A stretch of DNA of 64,000 nucleotides from Amphiscolops sp. MND2022 (lineage: Eukaryota): contig OZ076420.1 of assembly GCA_964187785.1 (NCBI GenBank), positions 54,622,001 through 54,686,000 on the forward strand, written 5' to 3'. The translations under genes and the position numbers were made by a program. The notes under the pieces were generated by a model. It had not been told where the DNA came from, searched no databases, and was given only the letters and a program-made list of their open reading frames with translations. How positions within the stretch are numbered: position 1 is the first letter of the stretch; the number at the start of each line of letters is the position of its first letter. Below are positions 49,521 to 63,085 of the stretch, piece after piece.

Positions 49521-50112
49521 CAACGATTCCTATACGTGTTGCACTGTAGCCTATAAATCATGCACGTATTCCATCCTCATGAACATGAATTTGTGTAGAT
49601 CTATAGTGTGGAAAAGTGCTCACTTTCGAGCTTTCTGATATGTTTTAACGTCTATATGGATTTACTAACTATGTTGCTAGTGTGTTTTGAATCATGATGA
49701 ATGGATGTTAGAAGTGTTAAATATATATGTTTGTTCATCTAGTTTTCTGTTAAATGAACAGTTCAAAGGAACAATGAATTTTTGATAAAAATGATTATCC
49801 GATTTATTTCAGTTAAGTTTTTTGAATTTTCAAAACAACACAATTTTATTACTGAGACAATCATCTTATTGAAGCTTTTTTTGTATGATACATATTACTG
49901 ATTACAAAATAAAGTTACTTTTTTTAGACTACGTTAAGAAATGCCTGGTTATCTGAAAACATCTTTAACCTTGCCTCAGGCAGGGCAAACGGTGCAATTG
50001 AGATTTCCTGATCAAGACAAGTGTCCTCTTCGATGACAATCAGCCTCGTTTTTTAAATGTCAAATTAACGTTCCTGTATATCACTGCCTCATCGGGTAAG
50101 AAAGTTTCCAAA

Positions 50113-50870
50113 GTGAAAAATATTGAAGGGAATATAGCCAAAACCCGATTCATGGACGTCGAACGATACCATAGGTTCTTTGTGTTTGGAAATAAGCTGA
50201 ATGAGGAGCTATACGCAATGTTTACCTCAACAAGTGTAGAATCCCAGAATATCCTACGGTTCCAAAACAGAATTCGACCGGGGACGACGATTAAAATCCT
50301 GAATCCGAAAATGGAAGGTTTGCTGAAATCTACAAATACCCCTATACTATCCACTATTGAACCGCTCGTTCGAATAGAACCAGAAAACTGTAGACGTTTT
50401 ACGTTGCCTCATAGCGTTGAAACAGCTGTTTTCAAATATTTCGAGTTCATTACTGATTGCCTCCAAATTATATCAGCCACAGCTACAGAAAACTTATGTC
50501 CGGGAAAGTTGTGCGATGGTCAATCTTTGTTGGAGAATTGTGATTGCACAAGTGTGGCTTCAAAGAGAATCTGGGCATTGACCGTATGTTTCTCATGCGA
50601 TGAGCTGCAACCTCTTGAAGATGTGGAGCATGGTAGCATCACTTCCCATGCTACAACGGAAGTCTTCGTTACAACTAGGAAAGAAATGTCTCCTAGTGCT
50701 ACCGAATTTGATACCCTTTAGTTAGGACAATTCGGATGTTCTTTTAACTGACTCTATCAACCTGAATGGAGGTTTCATTGTTAAAGGTTGGTACAAACTA
50801 AGTGTTAATGAAGAAGGAGCAGTTCAAGACTTACGCAAAATTCACTTGTCTGCAACCATGGGAACCTTTA
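50113..50870 (+). CDS. Uncharacterised accessory ORF with CPGKLCDG..C.C motif (frameshifted near 50720)
   Basis: 202-aa ORF, continuing in another frame as INLNGGFIVKGWYK...KIHL. Same strand and directly downstream of RepHel. Confidence 0.6.
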
Positions 50871-53294
50871 AATGTGTTACAAAGTGCCAGAAAATATTAA
50901 TTTCTACGTGCTTTCCCGCATTTATTGTGATTTATTAAAACAGTTTGTTCCTGATCTGTGTATGTGTTTTGAATAATGATTATACCAAGGATATGTTATT
51001 CATATAGTGGATTTTGCCCCGCTGTACCACCCTCTTTCAATTATTATTGAATTTGTTTCTTCAATGCAATTTATGACAATTTTATGATACGTCTGGTCAT
51101 GTGTGTTCCATGATACATCATTAATTCTTGTGCATGCAAACATTAGTGCTTCCCATTTCAGTCGGATCATTAACAATGACAGATTGTGTGAACGTTAACA
51201 GTGTCTGACCATTGTTTACCGACTACAGCTCCCATACTTACATACCTTTTTTTACAATTATTTATATACAATTGATAAAGGTTTTTGTTTATTTACCTAT
51301 TAAATCATGTTGTATCTTGTTTTTTTCCAATAACTAATTGAGGAAAATCTTTGTTTATGTTCTAACTGTGAACATTTATCGCTTCGTGATGCATATGTCA
51401 TTGAAGGTATTCATTAAGTGCTTTTGTTCAGAAGGGCAATGTCCTGGGCGGCGCAGCTCAGACCCGGACATTGCCTCGATATTGCATAATCTATCAACAT
51501 ATTTGTGATTTCAACAAAAACTCTGCCTTGTGACTGTCTCACTCTATGAAGAGTCTCAATACCATTTCTGTGCTAGAATGCTATTCAAAAAGTCTGTTAA
51601 AAATGACGTTCTGAACAAATTGGAAGGCAAAAAAGGTTGTTTGTGACAATGTTAAAAGACGGAACCCATTCTTTACTTGAACAACAACTATTCTGTTTTG
51701 TATTTACCATTGTAATTTGTTGTTGTAATGTCATTGGATCTTTCACATTTTCGTTGATGATTCAATACTATTTTCATTTTCGTTGATAATTCAATACAAT
51801 GTTAGGGATTGGACACGTCTTTTTTAAATCAGGCTGAAGGTTGATCGTCGGTATGGTAAAATAAGTTCCTCATCGTTTTCCGTTTTCTCTATTGAGATGA
51901 GTACGATATCAAAGTTGTCCTCTATTAAATATAACGGCGATTTGCAGACGCATGTCAATTATGATGTAGTATGATAGCTTATGTTTCACTAAACGTTTTG
52001 TAAAATTCCCCTCTGTTGCACGATTCCAACCTGTTTTAGCTATCTTCCATTTGTTTGAAAATATGTTAACACTGCCTTTTTTCAGACATATTGTTCAGAT
52101 GATACGCAATGCGATGATTTCAATGTCTGGCCCATTACGTGTTCCGGACTTAACAGTGTTGAATCGTTACAATACAAAGTGGTAACTTCTTTACAGCAGA
52201 ACGTTAAGGTGAGTAAGGCATCAAGTATTCATGTGAGTATTCTCGGTCACTTTTATATACTGTTACAAAAATATTGTTCGAATGTTATTATGAAACGACA
52301 GGAACATCTGCTCACTATGTAATTCCTTGTTGATACATCAGAACGTTTCCGAATATAACACCATATAAAAGACAAATTACATGTTACTGTCGTTTTGCCT
52401 TTCATATATAACTACGAGAACAATTCTTGTTTGAATGAGGTTTGACGAGGAAACTGTACATAAATGAACATTTCCGGAGACCACATTATGCTCTTCTACA
52501 AGTACATTTTGTTTATCAAGTATGTAAAAGCCATAAATAGTGCTTCAAAATTCTGTATAATCCTTAAAGATTTGATGTTTACAATATCAATTGAGCAATA
52601 GGAACGTTGTAGTTATTTTGATCTACGAACCCTGGCAATATTGACAAATGTTAAGTTGTTGAAATATCTCATATCCAATTATTTTTCTGAAACCCTCGTT
52701 GTTTATCAGTAACTTTTCTTCAACAATTACAAATCTGTGGTCTTTAAGGTCTGGTGACAACATGTAACAAGAACAACATTTATGGCAATGTCCAACTAGT
52801 TTGTTAGTGATTCAGATATCCATCCCTGTAAAGACAAATCTGCTTACCATTTGGATGGGTATGACGACAACAGCTGAAGTTTCTCAAGGATAGTTTTGCA
52901 CAATCATAATCGTTTTTTTATATCTATTACAGTTTATTATAAATTAATACTCCAACATTTCCGTATTGTGAATAACACTGTCTTCATCCATATCTTATCC
53001 ACATTGGACTTGTGCAATATATATTGTACATTCCATAGTAGTTGTACCGTTATGTATAGTACAGTACTGTATAGTACATTACATATAGTATTACATAGTA
53101 CAGTATAGGTAATAACATTACAGTTTCGTATATTGTAATACATACCAGCACAGACCAGTTCGGTATTGCTTGGCATAGTATAGTTTAGTGCTCTACAACT
53201 TAATACAGAATTAGATGATAATGTTTCAAATAATATACATTTGTCTTATGTACATACTGTTATAACTATGACAAACAATACAACAATTGGCATT

Positions 53295-53415
53295 TTATAC
53301 AAGTAAAACTCTTAACAGTAATTTTTAGAAATCGTATACTTCTGAAACCTATCTTATACAAGCAAAAATCTTAACAGTAATTTTTAGAAATCTTATACTT
53401 CTGAAACCTATCTTT
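53295..53415. repeat. Two tandem ~58-bp units within an AT-rich low-complexity stretch
   Basis: TTATACAAG(T/C)AAAA..CTTAACAGTAATTTTTAGAAATC.TATACTTCTGAAACCTATC occurs twice. Confidence 0.75.
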
Positions 53416-55491
53416 TCCAAACTATAAAAACTATAAAACGAAATGTCGTACAGTTTGATGTAGTATACAGTAAAATGTTTACATAGTATTCTCATTATTC
53501 ATAGTACGCACTAAACTTTTTAAGTCTAATAAACAATGGCATTTTAAAACAATTTCTCATAATACAAGAAAATTTTGTATACTATCAAAATTGAAACCAA
53601 ACAATCAATTACAGTTTATTACATTCTTTGCTATTTGCTACATAATTGTTTTATAACGGATTATCTACAATTTACAGCAATGAAGTACATAAGTCATTAT
53701 ATTATAATAAATCATACTTTCTTTGGCTATTATTCAATAGTAAAAAATACAGGACTCCACTTTTTCAAACTACATTATGCTCCACTATAGCAGACTTCAC
53801 CATATTATATTATAGATTTAAATATTAATCTACATTACCAAAACTACCATTAACTACCATTACTATTAACTAATTTTAACTTGTTAACACGTAGTGTATG
53901 ACATTCCACTGTCCACATTTATTCTTCCAGATAGAGATTAGACTACAGTACATTTCCTAGAATAAATGAATCAATACCAGCTAAAACTGTGAAACACATT
54001 CCCGACCTGCGTTTTGCTTGCAAAAATCTACCTTATGGTCAATGACAATTTATAAAAGAAAATTTTAAACTATTATTTCCTTGCTGTTTCTTGCTAAGCT
54101 ATCAACCTTTTTCTTTCTAAAGATAAGATGCAATTTTTCCTGGGAATGTCTTGTGAAACTTTCAGCATTTGGATTTGAACTCGTTGATATGTAGCGTTAT
54201 TAACTTCAGGGGTATTTTAACAAGTCTGGGATATCTATGCCATTTTTCACAAAAGTGCCATCCTAGGGGCCATTCCCTGCCCTAATTTCCGCCAAGTAAC
54301 ACCATTGAGTCCTGAATACCAAGTTACAGTGTTACAGCATACCTGGGCAAAAAGTTGTGTGAATTACAAATATTTTAAAAATTTTTAACTTTTTTTGGTC
54401 CTTCACAGACAGGAAATGCCGCCTTACTCAAGGTATTAGGTGAATGCATGTACGAGGCCCTTGTTAAGTCGATAACCATGTAGTTTATCACGTGTTTTTT
54501 AAATTGACATTGATATATTATGTTTAGAGGGAGACTGTTCGATATGAGAAATATGCTAAAAACTGATTGAATTAGTCGTTCAATCGTCTGAAAGCAATTG
54601 ACATTAAAGTTGTATTTTTCAAAACATGTTTCAACTTAGTTTTGTTGTGGTGTCAGTGCCTTTTGACTATAATGGAAACATTTAGCTTCCTATTTAAAAT
54701 TACATAGTTTGTTTCTTCATATTTTTGTTATCTAATAAGTTGAAATAGTTGTTCATTCTATTTCCCTTACCACGGGCAATGAAAATTTACTCAAAATAGA
54801 TCCGGAACTACTGATAATACTTTCCACTACACAACAAAGTATGCTGATAAATTTAGTACATTCAGAAATTTCGACTTTTAGCTATCTGAATCAACATGCT
54901 GAACCTTTCTTACATACTTAAAAACCTTACCGTTCCAAATCAACACAGTTCTCAAACGTCAACGCCCCCGTCCGTGGGCATGCCGAGCCATGCCCTTCGA
55001 CGATCCGCACCAAGATATACCCCGCGGTCCCAGGCTAGTTTTGAACACTTTGAGCGCCCCCTTAACTTTGTGTTCCTTTTCTCTTTGATAGAATTAGCAG
55101 GTGGTGGGCGTTTTCTTACAAAAGGTGTACATCTGCCTCAAGGGGCAGTGAGCTAAATAAAATCGAATTAAGGACCAACGGATCAATGCTTCTTCAAACT
55201 GAGCTTTTAAAACTGTAGTGATCGCTACAATAAATTCACAATTACATTTGCTCAATTTGATGTCTTGTTAGTAAACTGAATAATTACGTATCATTATAAC
55301 GCCGACCATTTGCGAACTATTTTATCATTATTTTTTACAGTTTTTGAGGATATCAGATGAGACTGTAATGACTGCAGCTTGATGACAGTAACGTTATTTC
55401 TTGTACTGAGATTATTAGATGTTCTGAATCTTAAAAAACGTTATTCCGTTATGTGTTTTCATGGTTAGCATGATCAGAAGTTTCTACCTAC

Positions 55492-56264
55492 ATGGATTCA
55501 AGTATCTATCTAACAATTACAACAAGAATAGTCTTTTTTAAGATGTCCGATATGAGTGAATCAATTGTCTACAGCCATATTGGCTCCAAGTCTTTCCGTG
55601 TACGAGAATGGATTCACAAATACAATTCCAAGGAGACGCTGGTCGTTGGTAGTAGTCTTCTCAAGGACGTAAAAAACGATAAATACGATTGTGTATCAAT
55701 TGCGGGGGCACGGGTTCAGGATATTGCCGCTTACATCGAATCCATGGGGAACAAAATTGAACGTTATATCAAATTGTCTCCCCCTCGGAGGAAACAACCT
55801 TCATCATTAGAAAAAAGAAATCGGAGAGTCCACCATCAAGGGAAGTGTTATCTAATAACCTTTAAAAATGTTGAAATGTTGAATTTGTTTGAATAAAAAA
55901 AAATTGTTCAGGTTATCGATCGTGTTGATGAGCTTACCAAGTCTCTGACAGAAAAAGTATGCAATTACATTGTTAATCGGCATACCTCGACGATGGTATA
56001 AAACGGATACTTCGGAGGAAAGAAAAACAGTTTTTAGAGACTGTTTGGACCTTCAACCGGCAATTGGAAGAATTAAGTTGCCTGCAGCAAAACTTCACGT
56101 ATGTCGGGATCGGCCATTACTTCAGCGGTAACACGAAAGTTTTGCTCAAAGATGACGGGATCCATTTCAATGAAAGAGGGAGTCGTCAGTTTACGCGTGT
56201 GGTGCATGGCAAAGTCATTAAAATCCAGAAAAAAGTAAATTTGGTGAGGAATAGACAGTTTTGA
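55492..56264 (+). pseudogene. Second SGNH hydrolase-like gene, frameshifted
   Basis: LVVGSSLL (55648), SIAGARVQDI, LGGNN in a shifted frame (55784-55798), DDGIHFNERG (56154-56165). Confidence 0.7.
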
Positions 56265-56699
56265 TATGAAGAAATAACTTGTTTGATTGTTGTGTTGAGT
56301 TTTATTGACTTTTTTGTCAATTATAATCTTATTCCATTGTTTACGACTATTACACTTGCGTAAGCAAGTGTATTGGAACCGACGCGTGCTTTTGTTCCGA
56401 ATGTCAACAACTCGCATAATGATATAAGCAATTCTGCTTATAACTTTAGTTTTGTTTACTTCCACGCTTTGCTTGTTTGTTCACTGTGTGTATTTATTTA
56501 ATGCAATGCGTCAGAATTAAATGTTTCATTTTCATTTCTCTTCAACTTTCATTAATGGAATGCAAGTCGCAGCATGTTTTTACCACCGTGGAATGTTTAG
56601 TTGAATGTTTTAAATGTTTTTAACTAATTGTTTTAAATTTAATTCCATTCGTTTTCAATGCTTCGATTGCAGCATGTTTTTTATGCTTATTTTTTTCAG

Positions 56700-57148
56700 A
56701 TGTTCGAATGTCCCGGTTTTTGATTTTTGATACGTCTTCCAAAAATCATGCAGAGCACGAGTGCTCCTTTTTTAAAAATTGCTCAGCTTGTGTTTGGGAT
56801 AGAATTCCCGCTGAAGTTCGTTTTTTATCTGCCACCGCTATGTCTGCTAAAAGTCAATTGGCTCCTGAAAATTGCTCAATATTAGAACAAGACGCTGCTC
56901 TTTCGTCTGTAGTTGTCGATGAATGGCACAAATACCGGCGAGCCAATTCCCTACAATATTCGTCTCAAGACATTTTTCATGTTGAGTTATCTGTCACCGT
57001 GAGTGATGCTAAAGTAATACAACATCGATCTCAGTACGTTCATGTCTCTTATACTACCGTATGTGGTTTTCAAACCTTGTTCATACGTAACAACACAGAT
57101 ATTTCCAATAGGTTTCTACTTCTAAGCAACCTCAATAATTTAATATAA
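56700..57148 (+). CDS. Possible exon of an unknown gene, cut by the duplication breakpoint
   Basis: ttttttcag acceptor at ~56700 followed by a 146-codon open frame with HECSFFKNCSAC; no family recognised. Confidence 0.3.
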
Positions 57149-58944
57149 ATCTATTTTTGTCTCATTTTTGAATATTTTTAGAGTAAAATTGGTTTCGATT
57201 TTCGTTTGCATATTTTTTTTCAAACCAAGCAAAAACAGTTGGGTGTCTTTCCAAATGATTGATCACGTGGTTCATACTGGAACGAAACTGGTTTATTAAG
57301 TTTGATATATGACTGCATTAACCTCACATTGCCGTAAAATTAATCACAGATTTGGACGCTATTCATCAATGTTCGGTATATCCACGTTGGGTTTATCGTT
57401 GGTGCTTCAAGATTTTCATCCGACAAAGAGCTCGAAAATGTTGAATGTGGAAATATTCCTGTAGCAAACATCATCGGACAAGTCTCACCTTGTTTCGAAA
57501 AATTTCCCCCAAACATTTTTTTAGCTAACTTTTTGGCTGAAAATTTGGGTCATGATTTATTTGAGCTTCTTCTGGCTCTCCTCTATCCCTTATACGTCCC
57601 TCTGTACTTTGGTAATTTGCCTAAATCACGCTAGATTCTGTGACGAACGTGGACTTTTCAGTGTACGTCTGTCGCGAAAAAACCCTTTAACCTTTTTCCA
57701 TCATAAACGCCGACTGAAAAGTTTCATCCATTATAACAAGCCGAGAACGGTTTGTCGGCACCTGCTCCGGGGTGAAATTTTCATAAGAAGGACGTGGTAT
57801 TATGGTAGTTCTCGCGAAATTTGAAAGAAAGAAAAGATCGAAAATCCTGGAAAAATCGGATAATTATATTGTGTTGACGTCAGGATTCAATATGTTTTCA
57901 GTTATCATAAACCACTTGTATTTTTTATCATTTAGTTATTTTCAATTCGAGGCTTTTTGTTACACGCAAAAACTCTCTAAAAACAAGTTTTGAGGTTCTT
58001 TGCATGACTTTTTTTTACATATGTTCCCATCGAAATGAAAAGGTTTCATTGCTAATGTAATATATTGAATTTTTACGAAAATTGCTGACGACTATTCCTT
58101 CATACCGAAATCAATTTTGAATATAACACTTGTATTCACAATGTGTTGTTGGCTGACTTTCGATTCGCATTTTCAAATTTTCCTTATCATTTTTTCGCAA
58201 GTGTTAGCGAAGCGCAGCTTCGCCTCTGTTATATTGTTCGTCGAAAATTGTTTTTGGAAGATTTTTTTCCTAATATTGTTCAAGAATTGATACCAGTTGA
58301 TTTCACCGTTTTCTTTGTAGAGTAATTCTAGATGAGTTAAAAATGAAGGTAATAATTCTAACGTTTACTATTAGTTGAAGACAAATTTTCGAACGCTCCT
58401 GCTAACATTTACTTCCTCTCTTAAAAATCAGCAGTTGTTGCCTTTGGTACTTTTGTTACCTCGCTATTTTTGAAATAATTCTGAGCATTTTCAGTGACTG
58501 GGCAAATGCTCCGCGTGTTCTGTTAAGTTGAAATGTTCAGAAGAATTCTAATAAAGTATCACAGGTGTTGAATACTAAACACTGTACAAACGGTAAGTTA
58601 CTATTTCCCGAAAAGGAAAAGTCCATGTATTTATTTTGCAGAATTGGAGGGGCGTTGTGCCATTAAATTGGTCTGTTGTGTTATCATCACGATAGTTGCT
58701 TACTTTACACGATCATATTCTGTAATATCTATTGGAATCTTGTAATAAACTCTTGGAATATGTCATCCCAGCCCTCCAATCAAATCGTGGATGAAAAAGA
58801 AAGGCCGACCACTTCAATAGCCGACGACAATGCAAATGCGGAAAAATTCTTGCCGAGGGTTTTCAGCAATGCAAATCGTGCTGCCACATTGCTGCTGACA
58901 TTTCGGACTCTGAACAATTTGAGGTTACCATTGAACTGCCATCG

Positions 58945-59330
58945 GTGAAACTACCTTACTCTCAATACTGTGAGAATTGTTGGCGTCAGTCAACTGATTT
59001 CTATCCTCTTGTGTTCCATGATGTCGCTTCTGATACTTTACTTCAACGACAGTTTTCAGCTTGTGACTTCAAAAAAGAGCAGTTAAGGCTCTGCACACTG
59101 TGCCACCTTTATTTGCAACGCGATACGACCCACCAAAGAAGACAACCCTCGTTCGCCAACGCTTGGCTCTGTCTTTTGGACAATTTTTCAAATACAAGTT
59201 ATTCTTGCGGCCTGTGGAGTGTATTACCTGTCCATATAAACTGCAGCTGGTTACATAAAATTGCTTGAGAATGTCGAACTTTCCGAAATCGTTTCAATTT
59301 TGTGGCCATCCCTACTTTTGTGGATTCTGG
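58945..59330 (+). pseudogene. CxxC...LCxxC...NAW domain relic (copy 1)
   Basis: YCENC...YPL...LCTLCHLY...FANAW parallels HCKKC...YYP...LCPNCISY...WKNAWPAV at 42090-42290. Confidence 0.5.
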
Positions 59331-62096
59331 AATATTGAAAAGGATTCTGGACGGTGTATTTGCATGTTTATCAGAAAAGTAAAATAAGTTTCCGAGTGAA
59401 TAATGAGTATTTCTTCACGGATTATCTTGATGGCAGGAAATCTCAGAGAACAAAATTGGCCACAATCGGCTCAATCATTGAGAACCAGTGTAGTAGTAAT
59501 TATCACAATTTGGTCTGCTCTTTCACTTGGAAACTGCTGCAGCCGCCTTCTCACATCGCTTCTCATACTATTTCTCCAACCGTGCTTAACAAAAAGGTTT
59601 TGAATGGAAAGTTTAGAACTGGAGAAACCCTTTGGAAAAAAAAGGAATACCTTTTTCATTTTCTTGAGCTTTCAAAAGTCCTCTACGTCCAGTCGGCTGG
59701 TTTGCCATCGGCTTCCACTTCTTGGATATTTTTGGTCTACCACGACGAAAAGTTGTGGCAGAAGGAAGACCTCTGGCATCGATAGGATTGAGCTGACAAA
59801 CAACCTCAGATCTTTCATCTTCATTGTCCAATAAACAGACTGACTGCTGCAAATTAGTATTTTCCAACAAAAATCTCCGATGACCGGTGCCTAGCCTGGG
59901 ACAAAATGTGTTCAGAAGCTGTGATTTCCGCTAGCAATCACCCTTCAATTGGCCCTCCCATCCCGTCACGAGCGATGGTCCCTCCGAAAGGGTCGAAACA
60001 CTATGACATGATAACGCTAGCTGCATCAAAATGCTCGTTTCCTTCGAAACAAAAAACTCAATTTTTTGAACCGCGTTGTTCTGAGGACCACGTTCCAGAA
60101 ACCTTACGAAGGATTGGACACTTTGAATATCTTTGAAGAGATTCAAAGAAGCCATTCCTCGTTCGGCGATCAGAAAAACTTTTAAACCAAGCGGGGTAAA
60201 AGAAACAGAATTATCGTCTCCTTCTTCTAAATGTGCTTCGTAACAACACAGATATTTCCAATAGGTTTCTACTTCTAAGCAACCTTAATAATTTAATATA
60301 AATCTATTTTTGTCTCATTTTTGAATATTTTTAGAGTAAAATTGGTTTCGATTTTCGTTTGCATATTTTTTTTCAAACCAAGCAAAAACAGTTGGGTGTC
60401 TTTCCAAATGATTGATCACGTGGTTCATACTGGAACGAAACTGGTTTATTAAGTTTGATATATGACTGCATTAACCTCACATTGCCGTAAAATTAATCAC
60501 AGATTTGGACGCTATTCATCAATGTTCGGTATATCCACGTTGGGTTTATCGTTGGTGCTTCAAGATTTTCATCCGACAAAGAGCTCGAAAATGTTGAATG
60601 TGGAAATATTCCTGTAGCAAACATCATCGGACAAGTCTCACCTTGTTTCGAAAAATTTCCCCCAAACATTTTTTTAGCTAACTTTTTGGCTGAAAATTTG
60701 GGTCATGATTTATTTGAGCTTCTTCTGGCTCTCCTCTATCCCTTATACGTCCCTCTGTACTTTGGTAATTTGCCTAAATCACGCTAGATTCTGTGACGAA
60801 CGTGGACTTTTCACTGTACGTCTGTCGCGAAAAATCCCTTTAACCTTTTTCCATCATAAACGCCGACTGAAAAGTTTCATCCATTATAACAAGCCGAGAA
60901 CGGTTTGTCGGCACCTGCTCCGGGGTGAAATTTTCATAAGAAGGACGTGGTATTATGGTAGTTCTCGCGAAATTTGAAAGAAAGAAAAGATCGAAAATCC
61001 TGGAAAAATCGGATAATTATATTGTGTTGACGTCAGGATTCAATATGTTTTCAGTTATCATAAACCACTTGTATTTTTTATCATTTAGTTATTTTCAATT
61101 CGAGGCTTTTTGTTACACGCAAAAACTCTCTAAAAACAAGTTTTGAGGTTCTTTGCATGACTTTTTTTTACATATGTTCCCATCGAAATGAAAAGGTTTC
61201 ATTGCTAATGTAATATATTGAATTTTTACGAAAATTGCTGACGACTATTCCTTCATACCGAAATCAATTTTGAATATAACACTTGTATTCACAATGTGTT
61301 GTTGGCTGACTTTCGATTCGCATTTTCAAATTTTCCTTATCATTTTTTCGCAAGTGTTAGCGAAGCGCAGCTTCGCCTCTGTTATATTGTTCGTCGAAAA
61401 TTGTTTTTGGAATATTTTTTTCCTAATATTGTTCAAGAATTATACCAGTTGATTTCACCGTTTTCTTTGTAGAGTAATTCTAGATGAGTTAAAAATGAAG
61501 GTAATAATTCTAACGTTTACTATTAGTTGAAGACAAATTTTCGAACGCTCCTGCTAACATTTACTTCCTCTCTTAAAAATCAGCAGTTGTTGCCTTTGGT
61601 ACTTTTGTTACCTCGCTATTTTTGAAATAATTCTGAGCATTTTCAGTGACTGGGCAAATGCTCCGCGTGTTCTGTTAAGTTGAAATGTTCAGAAGAATTC
61701 TAATAAAGTATCACAGGTGTTGAATACTAAACACTGTACAAACGGTAAGTTACTATTTCCCGAAAAGGAAAAGTCCATGTATTTATTTTGCAGAATTGGA
61801 GGGGCGTTGTGCCATTAAATTGGTCTGTTGTGTTATCATCACGATAGTTGCTTACTTTACACGATCATATTCTGTAATATCTATTGGAATCTTGTAATAA
61901 ACTCTTGGAATATGTCATCCCAGCCCTCCAATCAAATCGTGGATGAAAAAGAAAGGCCGACCACTTCAATAGCCGACGACAATGCAAATGCGGAAAAATT
62001 CTTGCCGAGGGTTTTCAGCAATGCAAATCGTGCTGCCACATTGCTGCTGACATTTCGGACTCTGAACAATTTGAGGTTACCATTGAACTGCCATCG

Positions 62097-62500
62097 GTGA
62101 AACTACCTTACTCTCAATACTGTGAGAATTGTTGGCGTCAGTCAACTGATTTCTATCCTCTTGTGTTCCATGATGTCGCTTCTGATACTTTACTTCAACG
62201 ACAGTTTTCAGCTTCTGACTTCAAAAAAGAGCAGTTAAGGCTCTGCACACTGTGCCACCTTTATTTGCAACGCGATACGACCCACCAAAGAAGACAACCC
62301 TCGTTCGCCAACGCTTGGCTCTCTGTCTTTTGGACAATTTTTTCAAATACAAGTTATTCTTGCGGCCTGTGGAGTGTATTACCTGTCCATATAAACTGCA
62401 GCTGGTTACATAAAATTGCTTGAGAATGTCGAACTTTCCGAAATCGTTTCAATTTTGTGGCCATCCCTACTTTTGTGGATTCTGGAATATTGAAAAGGAT
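62097..62500 (+). pseudogene. CxxC...LCxxC...NAW domain relic (copy 2)
   Basis: Same as copy 1, continuing NAWLSVFWTIF...LWSVLP...SW. Confidence 0.5.
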
Positions 62501-63085
62501 TCTGGACGGTGTATTTGCATGTTTATCAGAAAAGTAAAATAAGTTTCCGAGTGAATAATGAGTATTTCTTCACGGATTATCTTGATGGCAGGAAATCTCA
62601 GAGAACAAAATTGGCCACAATCGGCTCAATCATTGAGAACCAGTGTAGTAGTAATTATCACAATTTGGTCTGCTCTTTCACTTGGAAACTGCTGCAGCCG
62701 CCTTCTCACATCGCTTCTCATACTATTTCTCCAACCGTGCTTAACAAAAAGGTTTTGAATGGAAAGTTTAGAACTGGAGAAACCCTTTGGAAAAAAAAGG
62801 AATACCTTTTTCATTTTCTTGAGCTTTAAAAAGTCCTCTACGTCCAGTCGGCTGGTTTGCCATCGGCTTCCACTTCTTGGATATTTTTGGTCTACCACGA
62901 CGAAAAGTTGTGGCAGAAGGAAGACCTCTGGCATCGATAGGATTGAGCTGACAAACAACCTCAGATCTTTCATCTTCATTGTCCAATAAACAGACTGACT
63001 GCTGCAAATTAGTATTTTCCAACAAAAATCTCCGATGACCGGTGCCTAGCCTGGGACAAAATGTGTTCAGAAGCTGTGATTTCCG

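Larger units (their letters stand above)
38800..55040 (+). mobile_element. Large decayed Helitron-like rolling-circle element (boundaries tentative)
   Basis: Contains HUH Rep and PIF1 helicase motifs, accessory ORFs and internal tandem repeats. Hairpin-rich repeats lie at the left side and a hairpin plus CTAG at 54976-55038. Confidence 0.6.

Noticed and set aside
51830-52210. Possible plus-strand exons (e.g. 52086-52208, TYCSDDTQCDDFNVWP...)
   Set aside because: Good splice-like signals, but they cannot be joined into a gene and no family is recognisable.
52896-53830. Short Tyr/Ile/Thr-rich ORFs on both strands
   Set aside because: AT-rich low-complexity (TACAGTA-like) sequence; the composition explains the ORFs.
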